A stretch of 64,000 nt of DNA from Spirochaetia bacterium (GTDB lineage: Bacteria > Spirochaetota > Spirochaetia > SZUA-6 > Bin103): assembly GCA_965203515.1 (NCBI GenBank), contig OZ241907.1, positions 1,664,001 through 1,728,000 of the forward strand, written 5' to 3'. The notes under the pieces are model-generated. The model was not told the origin of the DNA, did no database searches, and worked only from the letters and a program-made list of their open reading frames with translations. Both the position numbers and the translations under genes were made by a program. This document shows, piece after piece, positions 26,924-35,328 of this stretch (position 1 is its first letter; every line of letters starts with the position of its first letter).

Positions 26924-27997
26924 TCAGGCCGGCGCGAACGCCACGCAGGTGGGCCGCGGCACCTCGATCGACGCGCCGGTCGGGACCGGCATCCCGCCGG
27001 CGCCGTCGATGCGGAAGCTGTAGACGGAGCCGCTCTGCTCGTTGGCCGCCAGCAGCCACGTCCCGGAGGGGTCGACGTTGAAGCCGCGCGGCGTGCGGCC
27101 GCCGGTCGACACGTGCCCCAGGGGCGAAAGCTCGCCCGACCGTCGGTCGACGGAGAAGACCGCGATCGAATCGTGCCCGCGGTTGGAGGCGTACACGACG
27201 TGGCCGCGCGGGTGCATGCGCACGTCGGCCGTCGAGTTCTCCCCCGAGTACCCGGCCGGCAGCGAGGTGAGCGTCTGCAGGTGGGTGAGCCGGCCGTCGC
27301 GCTCGCACCGGAACGCCATGATCGTGGAGGCCATCTCCCCCATCACGTACGCGAACGCGCCGTCCGGCGTGAACGCCAGGTGGCGCGGTCCGGCGCCGGG
27401 GTTCGACGCGGCGTCCGAGACGCGCGTCAGGCGCGCCGGGTCGTGCTCGACGCGGTAGGTGACCACGCGATCGATGCCCAGGTCGGGGACGTGCAGGAAG
27501 CGGCCGTCGGCGGTGACGTTGGCCGAATGGGGATGCGGCGCCGCCTGCCGCTCCGGGTTGACGCTCGACCCCCGATGCAGCGCCCGGACCGGCGTGCCCG
27601 GCACGCCCGCGCCGTCAAGCGGCGCCATCACCGCGCCGCCGCCGGTATAGCAGCCGGCGAATACGGCGCGTTCCTCCGGGTCCAGGCTCAGATGGCACGG
27701 CCCCGACACGCCGATCTCCACCGCCGACCGGAGCGCCAGCGCCCCGGTCGCCCGGTCCACGTGGTACAGGCGGATCGCCGCCCCGGCCGGACCGCTGTCG
27801 ATCCCCGCCTCGGCGACCGAGTAGAGCCGCGCGCCGTCGCGGCTGAACAGCACGTAGTTGGGGTTGGGAGCTTCGGCCGCGAGCTGCATGCCGGACAGCG
27901 CGCCGCTGTCCGGATCGAGCTCGAAGCGATAGATGCCGCGGCCGTATCCGTGATCCTCGACTGCATGGTCGGTATAGCTTCCCGTGTAGACGCGCAT
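26924..27997 (-). CDS. Lactonase (6-phosphogluconolactonase-like beta-propeller)
   Basis: RQAAPHPH, PDLGID, GAGPRH, SNRGHDSI, GRTPRGF. Confidence 0.9.
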   Translation of the reverse strand: MRVYTGSYTDHAVEDHGYGRGIYRFELDPDSGALSGMQLAAEAPNPNYVLFSRDGARLYSVAEAGIDSGPAGAAIRLYHVDRATGALALRSAVEIGVSGPCHLSLDPEERAVFAGCYTGGGAVMAPLDGAGVPGTPVRALHRGSSVNPERQAAPHPHSANVTADGRFLHVPDLGIDRVVTYRVEHDPARLTRVSDAASNPGAGPRHLAFTPDGAFAYVMGEMASTIMAFRCERDGRLTHLQTLTSLPAGYSGENSTADVRMHPRGHVVYASNRGHDSIAVFSVDRRSGELSPLGHVSTGGRTPRGFNVDPSGTWLLAANEQSGSVYSFRIDGAGGMPVPTGASIEVPRPTCVAFAPA

Positions 27998-28010
27998 GCG
28001 GGCCTCCTCC

Positions 28011-28778
28011 TCAGCGGTCCATCCGCCGCATCCAGAGGTGCTCCAGCCGGTGCGGCGGTTCCCAGCCCAGCACGCGGCCGAGCTTGTCGTTGCGGTATTT
28101 GCCGTGCGGCACCGCCGGCAGCACGAAGTAGGTCTCGCACCGCGACGGCAGCCGGGCGTGATCGATCTCCAGGGCGGCGCGCACGGCCAGTCCCGTGTCC
28201 GGCCAGGCGATGATGTACGGCGGGACCATGTCCTGCCCCACGCCGCCCTTGTCGTTCAGGTCCAGCGCGCGGCTCGCGGTCGGGTGGCGCATCAGATAGA
28301 ACAGGAGCGTCTGCACGTACAGGTCGTGCCGCTCGCTGTAGACGCGCAGCACCTCATGGCCGAGCGCCTTGGTCAGCGCGTACAGGCGCGTGCCCGGCTG
28401 CGGCGGCAGGTCGGGATGGAGGCCGAAGTCGAAGTCGTCGTACGCGGGGCCGGCCACCTGATAGTACGGCCCGGTGTTGACGATGGTGCGGATGCCGTGC
28501 CGCACGGCGGCCTCGGCCACGTGGTAGTTGCCGCGCACGTTGACGTCGAAGGCGGCGCGGCGGTCGGCGCGCGACACCGACAGGTTGACGATCGCGTCCA
28601 TGCCGTGCGCGGCGGCGATCACGCCGTCGCGGTCGCCGACGTCCAATCGACGGTATTCATGGGCGAAGCCCGGCGGAGCCGGAGTGACGTCGGTCACGCG
28701 CAGCGCGTGCCGGCCGCGCAGGGCCGCCACCACGTGGGGTCCCATCGCGCCGCCGCCGCCGACGATCAGGACCTTCAT
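28011..28778 (-). CDS. NAD-dependent epimerase/dehydratase family protein
   Basis: VGGGGAMG, VNVRGNY, YALTK. Confidence 0.82.
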   Translation of the reverse strand: MKVLIVGGGGAMGPHVVAALRGRHALRVTDVTPAPPGFAHEYRRLDVGDRDGVIAAAHGMDAIVNLSVSRADRRAAFDVNVRGNYHVAEAAVRHGIRTIVNTGPYYQVAGPAYDDFDFGLHPDLPPQPGTRLYALTKALGHEVLRVYSERHDLYVQTLLFYLMRHPTASRALDLNDKGGVGQDMVPPYIIAWPDTGLAVRAALEIDHARLPSRCETYFVLPAVPHGKYRNDKLGRVLGWEPPHRLEHLWMRRMDR

Positions 28779-28791
28779 GCCGGCAGCTCCT

Positions 28792-29466
28792 TCACGGGGC
28801 CGCGCCTTCCGGGTAGCCCAGCAGCTCCCCGGCGCGGCCCATCAGGTAGCGCGCCGCCGGACTCGGAGACTGCGCGTGCACGACCGTGCAGGGGCCGGGA
28901 AGCTCGGCCGTCAGCGCCGGGGCGACCGCCGCGGCGACGTCATCGGCGCAGATCGCCGCGTCCCCGTGCGCGCCGTTCAGGGCGCTGCGGCCGCCGCGCA
29001 CCACCGGGTAGCCGAGCCGCAGGATGAGCACCTGCAAGCGCCCGTCACGCGCGAACTCACGGGCGATCAGCTCGCCCAGATGGCAGCCGAGCAACGCCGG
29101 GTCGCCGGACGGCGGCAGCGTCCGCCATCCCTCCGTGACCGTGTAGTGGTCCGGCCAGTCGGCGAGCAGCCGCAGCGAGCTGAGGTAGACGCAACGGCGC
29201 ACCCCCGACTCGGCCGCCGCGCGCAGCAGGTCGTACGTGAGGCGCGTCGCGCGGTCCAGCGCCGCCGGCGGATCGACCGAACCGGCAGCGCCGCCGTCCG
29301 GCAGCCCCGCCGCCACCACCGCGTCGAACCCGGCCGGCACGGTCCTGGCGCCCGACTCCGCGTCGATCTCCGGGCTCACCGCGTCGAGCACGGCGTCATG
29401 GCCGGTCAGCCGGTCGCGCAGGGTTCGCAGCAACCCGCTGTCGCCGGGGCTCAGCAGCACGCGCAT
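28792..29466 (-). CDS. Divergent NAD-dependent epimerase-like protein
   Basis: TYDLLRAAAESGVRRCVYLSS, ILRLG; degenerate Rossmann and YxxxK motifs. Confidence 0.65.
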   Translation of the reverse strand: MRVLLSPGDSGLLRTLRDRLTGHDAVLDAVSPEIDAESGARTVPAGFDAVVAAGLPDGGAAGSVDPPAALDRATRLTYDLLRAAAESGVRRCVYLSSLRLLADWPDHYTVTEGWRTLPPSGDPALLGCHLGELIAREFARDGRLQVLILRLGYPVVRGGRSALNGAHGDAAICADDVAAAVAPALTAELPGPCTVVHAQSPSPAARYLMGRAGELLGYPEGAAP

Positions 29467-29515
29467 GTCGGCACGTTCGCAGTCTGACGCCGACGAATCA
29501 AGCCCGGCGCCGTGC

Positions 29516-29567
29516 GGCGGCCTCCGGGAACCGGGCGGCCTCCGGGAACCGGGCGGCCTCCGGGACC
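29516..29567. repeat. Intergenic 18-bp tandem repeat, about 3 copies
   Basis: GGCGGCCTCCGGGAACCG repeated. Confidence 0.85.
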
Positions 29568-29598
29568 GGTCACCGCGCACCTGGTCCGCTCGCAGGGG

Positions 29599-29627
29599 TT
29601 GCGCGCCGCCGCGCGCATGCGTATAGT
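29599..29627 (+). promoter_or_regulatory. Sigma70-type promoter of the leu leader/leuA
   Basis: TTGCGC-17 nt-TATAGT. Confidence 0.7.
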
Positions 29628-29638
29628 GCGGTATCCGC

Positions 29639-29734
29639 ATGCGCCAGCTTCTGCCTGAACCGCTCGATCTGCTTCTCGACCTCCTGGGCCTTACGGCCTG
29701 GGTTGCCCGGCGCCACGCGGTAGCGCGCATGTAG
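29639..29734 (+). CDS. Leucine-rich leader peptide (31 aa)
   Basis: MRQLLPEPLDLLLDLLGLTAWVARRHAVARM; 9 Leu in the first 18 codons; upstream of leuA. Confidence 0.8.
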   Translation: MRQLLPEPLDLLLDLLGLTAWVARRHAVARM

Positions 29735-29757
29735 CGCACCGAAGCGGCGCGAAGCAG

Positions 29758-29806
29758 CCCAGGCTTGACGGTCGATCCGATCGACCGATGAGCCTGGGTT
29801 TTTTTT
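29758..29806 (+). terminator. Attenuator terminator upstream of leuA
   Basis: CCCAGGCT...AGCCTGGG stem with inner GGTCGAT/ATCGACC stem, followed by T8. Confidence 0.85.
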
Positions 29807-29845
29807 CGCCTGCGCAAAGCCCCATGGATGGATAAGGAGAGAACC

Positions 29846-31567
29846 ATGCAACGAGGCATCATCGACAAGTACCGGCCGTTCCCGGCGATCGACCTGCCGG
29901 ACCGCGCCTGGCCGAATCGGGCCATCGACCGCGCGCCGATCTGGTGCAGCGTCGACCTGCGCGACGGCAACCAGGCGCTCATCAATCCGATGAACCTGCA
30001 GCAGAAGCTCAGCATGTTCTCCCTGCTGGTCGACATCGGCTTCAAGGAGATCGAAGTGGGGTTCCCCTCCGCTGCCGCCGTCGAGTTCGACTTCATCCGC
30101 ACGCTGATCGACCAGGGGCTGATCCCGGAAGGGGTCTACCCGCAGGTCCTCACGCAGGCGCGCGACCACCTGATCCGGCGCACGTTCGATGCGATCGAGG
30201 GGACGCCGCAGGCGATCGTGCACCTGTACAACTCGACGTCCGAGCTGCAGCGCCGCGTGGTGTTCCACAAGGACCGCGCCGCGATCCGCCGGATCGCCGT
30301 CGACGGCACCCGCCTGGTCCGCGAGTTGGCCGGCCGCACCGACACCGAGGTGGTCTACGAGTACTCGCCGGAGAGCTTTACCGGCACCGAGCTCGACTTT
30401 GCCGTCGAGGTGTGCGACGCGGTCATAGAGGCGTGGGACCCGAGCCCTGAGCGGCGCATGATCGTCAACCTGCCGGCCACGGTCGAACTGGCGACCCCCA
30501 ACGTCTACGCCGACCAGATCGAGTGGTTCCTGCGCCGCGTGCAACGCCGGGACAGCATCATCCTCAGCCTGCACACCCACAACGACCGCGGCACCGGCGT
30601 GGCGGCCACGGAGCTTGGACTGCTGGCCGGCGGCGAGCGCGTCGAAGGGACCCTGTTCGGCAACGGCGAGCGCACCGGTAACGTCGACATCGTCACGGTC
30701 GCCCTCAACCTCTACACGCAGGGCGTGGACCCCGGCCTGGAGCTGAGCGATCTGGGCCGCCTGATCGAGGTCTCCGACGCCTGCACGGAGCTGCCGGTGA
30801 GCCCGCGCCATCCGTATGCCGGCGAGCTGGTCTTCACCGCCTTCTCCGGCTCCCATCAGGACGCCATCAACAAGGGCATGGCCGCGCAGGGCGAAGGGCG
30901 GTGGGAGGTCCCCTACCTGCCGATCGACCCGACCGACATCGGCCGCTCCTATCAGGCGATCATCCGCATCAACTCCCAGTCCGGGAAGGGCGGCGTGGCC
31001 TACGTCATGGAGAGCGAGTTTGGCTGCCAACTCCCCAAGACCATGCAGCCCGAGGTCGGACAGGTGGTCCAGGCGTTGACCGACCGCACCGGCCGGGAGG
31101 TGAACGCGGCGCAGATATGGGACGCCTTCCGGCGTGAATACCTGCAGGCGGACCGGCCGATCCGCTTTCTGGACTACGCATTCGCCAGCGACGCGCAGGA
31201 CAGCTCGCTCGTCCACGGACGCCTTACCGTGGAGATCGAGGGCGAGGCGCAGGAGCTGTCCGGCAGCGGCAACGGCCCGATCGACGCGCTCAAGAGCGCG
31301 CTGGGTCAGGCGGGATGGGACGACTTCAAGCTCACCCACTATTCCGAGCACGCCCTGGGGCAGGGCACCGATTCCACCGCCATCGCCTACATCCAGGTGG
31401 TCCGCGACGACGGCACGCAGCGGTTCGGCGCGGGTACCCATCCGAACATCGCCAAGGCGTCCGCGCTGGCGCTGATCTCCGCGCTCAACCGCACCGTGTC
31501 GGCCGGCGCCCGCCACGCAGGAGTCCGCCACGCAGCGCCCAAGGAGGCCGCCCTGCCGGTGACGTGA
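29846..31567 (+). CDS. leuA: 2-isopropylmalate synthase
   Basis: WCSVDLRDGNQAL, EYSPESF, LHTHNDRG, GNGERTGN, FSGSHQDAI, RINSQSGKGG; AAGGAG RBS. Confidence 0.97.
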   Translation: MQRGIIDKYRPFPAIDLPDRAWPNRAIDRAPIWCSVDLRDGNQALINPMNLQQKLSMFSLLVDIGFKEIEVGFPSAAAVEFDFIRTLIDQGLIPEGVYPQVLTQARDHLIRRTFDAIEGTPQAIVHLYNSTSELQRRVVFHKDRAAIRRIAVDGTRLVRELAGRTDTEVVYEYSPESFTGTELDFAVEVCDAVIEAWDPSPERRMIVNLPATVELATPNVYADQIEWFLRRVQRRDSIILSLHTHNDRGTGVAATELGLLAGGERVEGTLFGNGERTGNVDIVTVALNLYTQGVDPGLELSDLGRLIEVSDACTELPVSPRHPYAGELVFTAFSGSHQDAINKGMAAQGEGRWEVPYLPIDPTDIGRSYQAIIRINSQSGKGGVAYVMESEFGCQLPKTMQPEVGQVVQALTDRTGREVNAAQIWDAFRREYLQADRPIRFLDYAFASDAQDSSLVHGRLTVEIEGEAQELSGSGNGPIDALKSALGQAGWDDFKLTHYSEHALGQGTDSTAIAYIQVVRDDGTQRFGAGTHPNIAKASALALISALNRTVSAGARHAGVRHAAPKEAALPVT

Positions 31568-31586
31568 CCGCGGAGACTACGGGAGC

Positions 31587-32627
31587 CTACAGCAGCGCGT
31601 CGTTGAGGCGGACGCCGAAGCCCGGCTCGATCGAACCGTCGATGACCTCCGGCTCGCCGAGCCACAGATCCTCGCGCGGCGCCTGCCAGCGCTTCGGCAT
31701 CGTCTCCGCCAGGTCCAGGCAATCGGTGGCGACGATCAGGTGCAGCCCCCACGGCTCGCCGCCGCGGTGCGGGGCGACCGGCACGCCATGTCGGCGCGCC
31801 AGCTCCAGGATGCGCAGCGCGCCGGTGATGCCGCCCGCCCAGGTGACGTCCGGCTGCCACAGGTCGAGCGCGCCGCGCCGGCCGATCTCCGCGAACGCCG
31901 CCGGCGTGTAATCGTGCTCGCCGCCGGCCAGCAGCACCGGCTTCACGCGCGGGCGCAGCGCGGCCAACTCGCCCAGGTGTTCGGGCGTGGCCACGTCCTC
32001 GAACCAGTACGGGGCGTACGGCGCCAGCAGCTCGGCCATGCGGGCGGCCACCTCCGTCGGCCAGGACATGTAGCAGTCGATCATGAGCTGCGCGGTCGGC
32101 CCCAGCGCCGCGCGCGCCGCCGCCAGCCGTTCGGCGGCGCGGTCGAAATCGGCCTCGCCGCGCCAGCGGTGCGACAGCTTCATCGCCGCATAGCCGTAGC
32201 GCGCCGCCAGCTCCACGTCGTCGCCGGTGGCGTAGGCGCGGACCCGCCCCTTGCTGCGCGGGCCGATGAGTCGGTGCACCGGACACCGTTCGGCGCGCGC
32301 CAGCGCGTCCCAGAGCGCCAGATCGACCCCGCTCAGCGCCATCTGCGCCACGCCGCCGCGGCCGTAGGGGATCGACACGCGGTAGAGCTCGTCCCAGGCG
32401 GCGGCGATGGCGGCTGCGTCGTCGATCGATCGCCCGATCAGAAAGCGGCGGAGGTGGTCGTTGATCACGTGCACGGCCGGCTGACCGCCGCCGCCGTAGC
32501 CGTAGCCGGTCACGCCGGCGTCGGTGACCACGCGCACCGCGATCTGCCAGAAGTGCGCCTGCCACGCATCGGCCGGCGGCAGGCGCCGCCACTTCGGGTA
32601 GGCGGCGCGCACGTCGGTCACCTTCAT
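31587..32627 (-). CDS. Mandelate racemase/enolase-superfamily acid-sugar dehydratase (rhamnonate dehydratase-like)
   Basis: SGVDLALWD, MIDCYMSW, WFED, GGEH, QPDVTWAGG, PH. Confidence 0.85.
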   Translation of the reverse strand: MKVTDVRAAYPKWRRLPPADAWQAHFWQIAVRVVTDAGVTGYGYGGGGQPAVHVINDHLRRFLIGRSIDDAAAIAAAWDELYRVSIPYGRGGVAQMALSGVDLALWDALARAERCPVHRLIGPRSKGRVRAYATGDDVELAARYGYAAMKLSHRWRGEADFDRAAERLAAARAALGPTAQLMIDCYMSWPTEVAARMAELLAPYAPYWFEDVATPEHLGELAALRPRVKPVLLAGGEHDYTPAAFAEIGRRGALDLWQPDVTWAGGITGALRILELARRHGVPVAPHRGGEPWGLHLIVATDCLDLAETMPKRWQAPREDLWLGEPEVIDGSIEPGFGVRLNDALL

Positions 32628-33505
32628 CGGACCAGCTCCCCCGCTGCGGCGGGGATCCAGGTCTCGCGGCCGTCGATCAAACGTATGCGCCACCACTCGC
32701 CGCGATCTTCCAGCAATCGAAACTCCGTGCCGCCGTGCAGCGCCGACCCGAAGCCGGGCTCGTACGAATGGCCGTCACCCTGCCGGGCGACCACCGAGAC
32801 GGCGGTGATCACGCCGGGCGCCGCCGCCGCGTCGATCACGTCCGCCGCCAGCGACGCGGCCAGTGCCCCGGCGAGCAGCAGGCAGGCGGCGCCGGCCGGT
32901 CGCAGCCAGCGCGCGCGCCGCGCGCCGGCGGTCAGCATGCGCAGCAGGACGCCCGCCCAGAACGTCGTCCAGAGCGCCAGGAAGGCGATCGCGCGGGTTC
33001 GCGCGGGCACCAGGTCGTGCCAGAACAGCACGACGCGGGCGACCCCGGCCGACACCGGCTCCTCGATGCTGTCGGTGCGCAACCGGCGCGCGTAGGCCAG
33101 TCCGCGGCGCACGTTGCGATCGCCGGGCACCAGCTCCGCCGCACGCCGATACATCAGCACCGCGCGGCCCACGTCACCGAGCCGCAGATAGGTGTTGGCC
33201 GCATTGTAGGCGAGCAGGCCGTTGCTCCAGCCGGTCGCGGCTCCCACCCGCTCGTAGCGGAGCAGCGCGCCGCGCAGCGCCTCGGCGGCTGCCGCGTTCC
33301 GGCCGGCGGTCTCCAGCTCGTCGGCCGTTCGATAGCGTTCGGCCGCTTCGCGCAGGAGCGCGCCGGCGTCGATCGCGCCGGGCGCCGGTTGCGCGGTCGC
33401 CCACGCGGCGACGGCAAGCGCCGGCAACAGGGCCGCGGCGTGCCGTGCCCGGTGGGCGATCCGATGGGCGATCCGGTGGGCGATCCGATGCGGGACCTGC
33501 GTCAC
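32624..33505 (-). CDS. BatE-like TPR + SH3 protein
   Basis: YNAANTYLRLGDVGRAVLMYRRA, LHGGTEFRLLEDRGEWWRIRL..GRETWI; GTGA overlap with the upstream gene. Confidence 0.8.
   Translation of the reverse strand: MTQVPHRIAHRIAHRIAHRARHAAALLPALAVAAWATAQPAPGAIDAGALLREAAERYRTADELETAGRNAAAAEALRGALLRYERVGAATGWSNGLLAYNAANTYLRLGDVGRAVLMYRRAAELVPGDRNVRRGLAYARRLRTDSIEEPVSAGVARVVLFWHDLVPARTRAIAFLALWTTFWAGVLLRMLTAGARRARWLRPAGAACLLLAGALAASLAADVIDAAAAPGVITAVSVVARQGDGHSYEPGFGSALHGGTEFRLLEDRGEWWRIRLIDGRETWIPAAAGELVR
33451..33490 (-). repeat. 12-bp tandem repeat encoding (HRIA)x3
   Basis: CA(T/C)CGGATCGCC units at the 5' end of the batE-like gene. Confidence 0.75.
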
Positions 33506-35325
33506 GATCCGCCCCCGCTGGTCAGGAACGGGTCCACCGCCTCCGCCCATTGCCGGATGCGGGCGCCGAGCGCCTCGGCCGGCGCGGCGCCGTAGCGGGC
33601 CGCGTCCAACCGCTCCAGGATGTCCTGCAGCTCCTCCACCAGCTCGGGCGCGGCGCCGCGCTCCCGGAGCGCCCGCTCCCACCCCGCGGGTCCCGCCGCG
33701 CCGGCCGCGTCGATGCGGGCGTGCAGGTAGCCGTGCAGGGCGGGCGCCAACGCCGCCGGGTCGTCTCCCGCCTCGGCGACCGACCGCCGCAGGCGGGCCA
33801 GGGCGCCGCGCGCCGCCGGCGCCGCCGCGGCGATCCGCCGCAGCCGCCTCCACAGCGCGACGATGCCCGCCGCCGCCGGGCCTGCGGCCAGCAGCGCCAC
33901 GCCGGCGGGAGACCCCGCGAACGCCGCGGCGTCGAAGCGCTGGCGACGGAGCAAGCGGTCCCCTTCGTAGTTGTGGGCGATGCCGTCGGCCGCGGCGGCA
34001 AGCCCGCCGCCTTCGGCCGAGGGCGGGTCGCCGCCCTCCACGTCGCGCAACGTCACCTGCCGGGCCGGCTGCACGTCGAGCGCGATCGGCGCGCTCGACG
34101 TCTCCGCGTACGCGCCGCGCTGCGGATCGAAGTAGGAGAGCCGCACCGGCGGAACGGCGCTCACCGAGTCGCGCAGGGCGCGGATCGTCGCGCGGAACAC
34201 GGCCCGGGACGGAAACCGGCCGGATGAACGCTCCACCCGCTGCGCTCCCACCCGGAAGTCCCCGACCTGGTCGAGACGGGTCAGATCGACCTCGGCCAAG
34301 CCGGCAAGGTCCCCTGATCCGCGCACCGTCACCTGCAGGGAGATCGGATCGCCCACCTTGGGGTTCGTCGGCGCGGCGACCGCGGCGACCTCGAAGCTCC
34401 CGACCAGTCCGGAGAAGTGATCGGGACGCCCGGCCGCCGGCAGCGGCTCGACCTGCAGCTCCTGCGGCTCTGAGGCGATCACCAGCCGGCGCACGTCGCG
34501 GATCGTACGGCCGAACCGGTCGCGCGCGGTGCGGAAGCTGGCGACACCCTCGAACGCCACCGTGGCCGCCGGCACCTGCAGGCGGCCCGGCGCGCGCGGC
34601 ACCGCGGTCAGCTCGAAGACCAGCGCCTGATAGGCGGCGCCCCCCAGGCGCAGGGAGCCGCGCGCGGCCATGAGGTCGGTGCCGTGCACGGTCAACTCCA
34701 CCGTCTCGCCCTGCGCAGGACGGATCTCCACGTCGAAGTCGGCAGAGTGCATCACCGGATGGGAGAAGCTCAGGAGGCGCCGCGGTCCCAGCCCCTCCTG
34801 CCACATCCAGGTGGTGGTCACGGTGATCGGCTGCCCGACCCACGCGCGGTCGACGGACGTGCGGACGAGCAACCGGTACTCGTCGATCGACTGCGGCGCG
34901 AAGACGGTTACGGCGAGCGGCTGCGTCGACAGGCGCCGGCCGATCACGGTGAGTCCGATCGCGGGGATCTCCAGCCGGCCCGGGCGGGAGGGGACCAGCT
35001 CGTAGTTGAGGATATAGCTCCGCTCCACCCGGCGGGTGGTCCGGCCGTTGACGATCGTGATCGACTCGCTGTTGTTGGGGCCGGCCGACAGCGGCCGCAC
35101 GGCCACGCCGTCCAGCGGCGGCAGGTCGACCTCCGGGGCGGCGTCGCTGCCCTCGACCCGGACCTGCAGGTTGAACGGCACGCCCACCTCGGTTTCGGCG
35201 GCGCTCACCGACGCGCGCGCCGCCAGCGACTGCGCCGCGATCGGCATGCTCAGGCCGCACAGCGCCGCCAGCGCCAGGCCGGCGCGGACCACACGCCGGA
35301 CGCCGGCGTCACTCAGGGGTTCCAC
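33502..35325 (-). CDS. BatD-like protein
   Basis: Signal peptide, SITIVNG, GRLEIPAI, FSGLVGSF, KVGDPISL, SYFDP. Confidence 0.85.
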   Translation of the reverse strand: MEPLSDAGVRRVVRAGLALAALCGLSMPIAAQSLAARASVSAAETEVGVPFNLQVRVEGSDAAPEVDLPPLDGVAVRPLSAGPNNSESITIVNGRTTRRVERSYILNYELVPSRPGRLEIPAIGLTVIGRRLSTQPLAVTVFAPQSIDEYRLLVRTSVDRAWVGQPITVTTTWMWQEGLGPRRLLSFSHPVMHSADFDVEIRPAQGETVELTVHGTDLMAARGSLRLGGAAYQALVFELTAVPRAPGRLQVPAATVAFEGVASFRTARDRFGRTIRDVRRLVIASEPQELQVEPLPAAGRPDHFSGLVGSFEVAAVAAPTNPKVGDPISLQVTVRGSGDLAGLAEVDLTRLDQVGDFRVGAQRVERSSGRFPSRAVFRATIRALRDSVSAVPPVRLSYFDPQRGAYAETSSAPIALDVQPARQVTLRDVEGGDPPSAEGGGLAAAADGIAHNYEGDRLLRRQRFDAAAFAGSPAGVALLAAGPAAAGIVALWRRLRRIAAAAPAARGALARLRRSVAEAGDDPAALAPALHGYLHARIDAAGAAGPAGWERALRERGAAPELVEELQDILERLDAARYGAAPAEALGARIRQWAEAVDPFLTSGGGS

Positions 35326-35328
35326 GGC

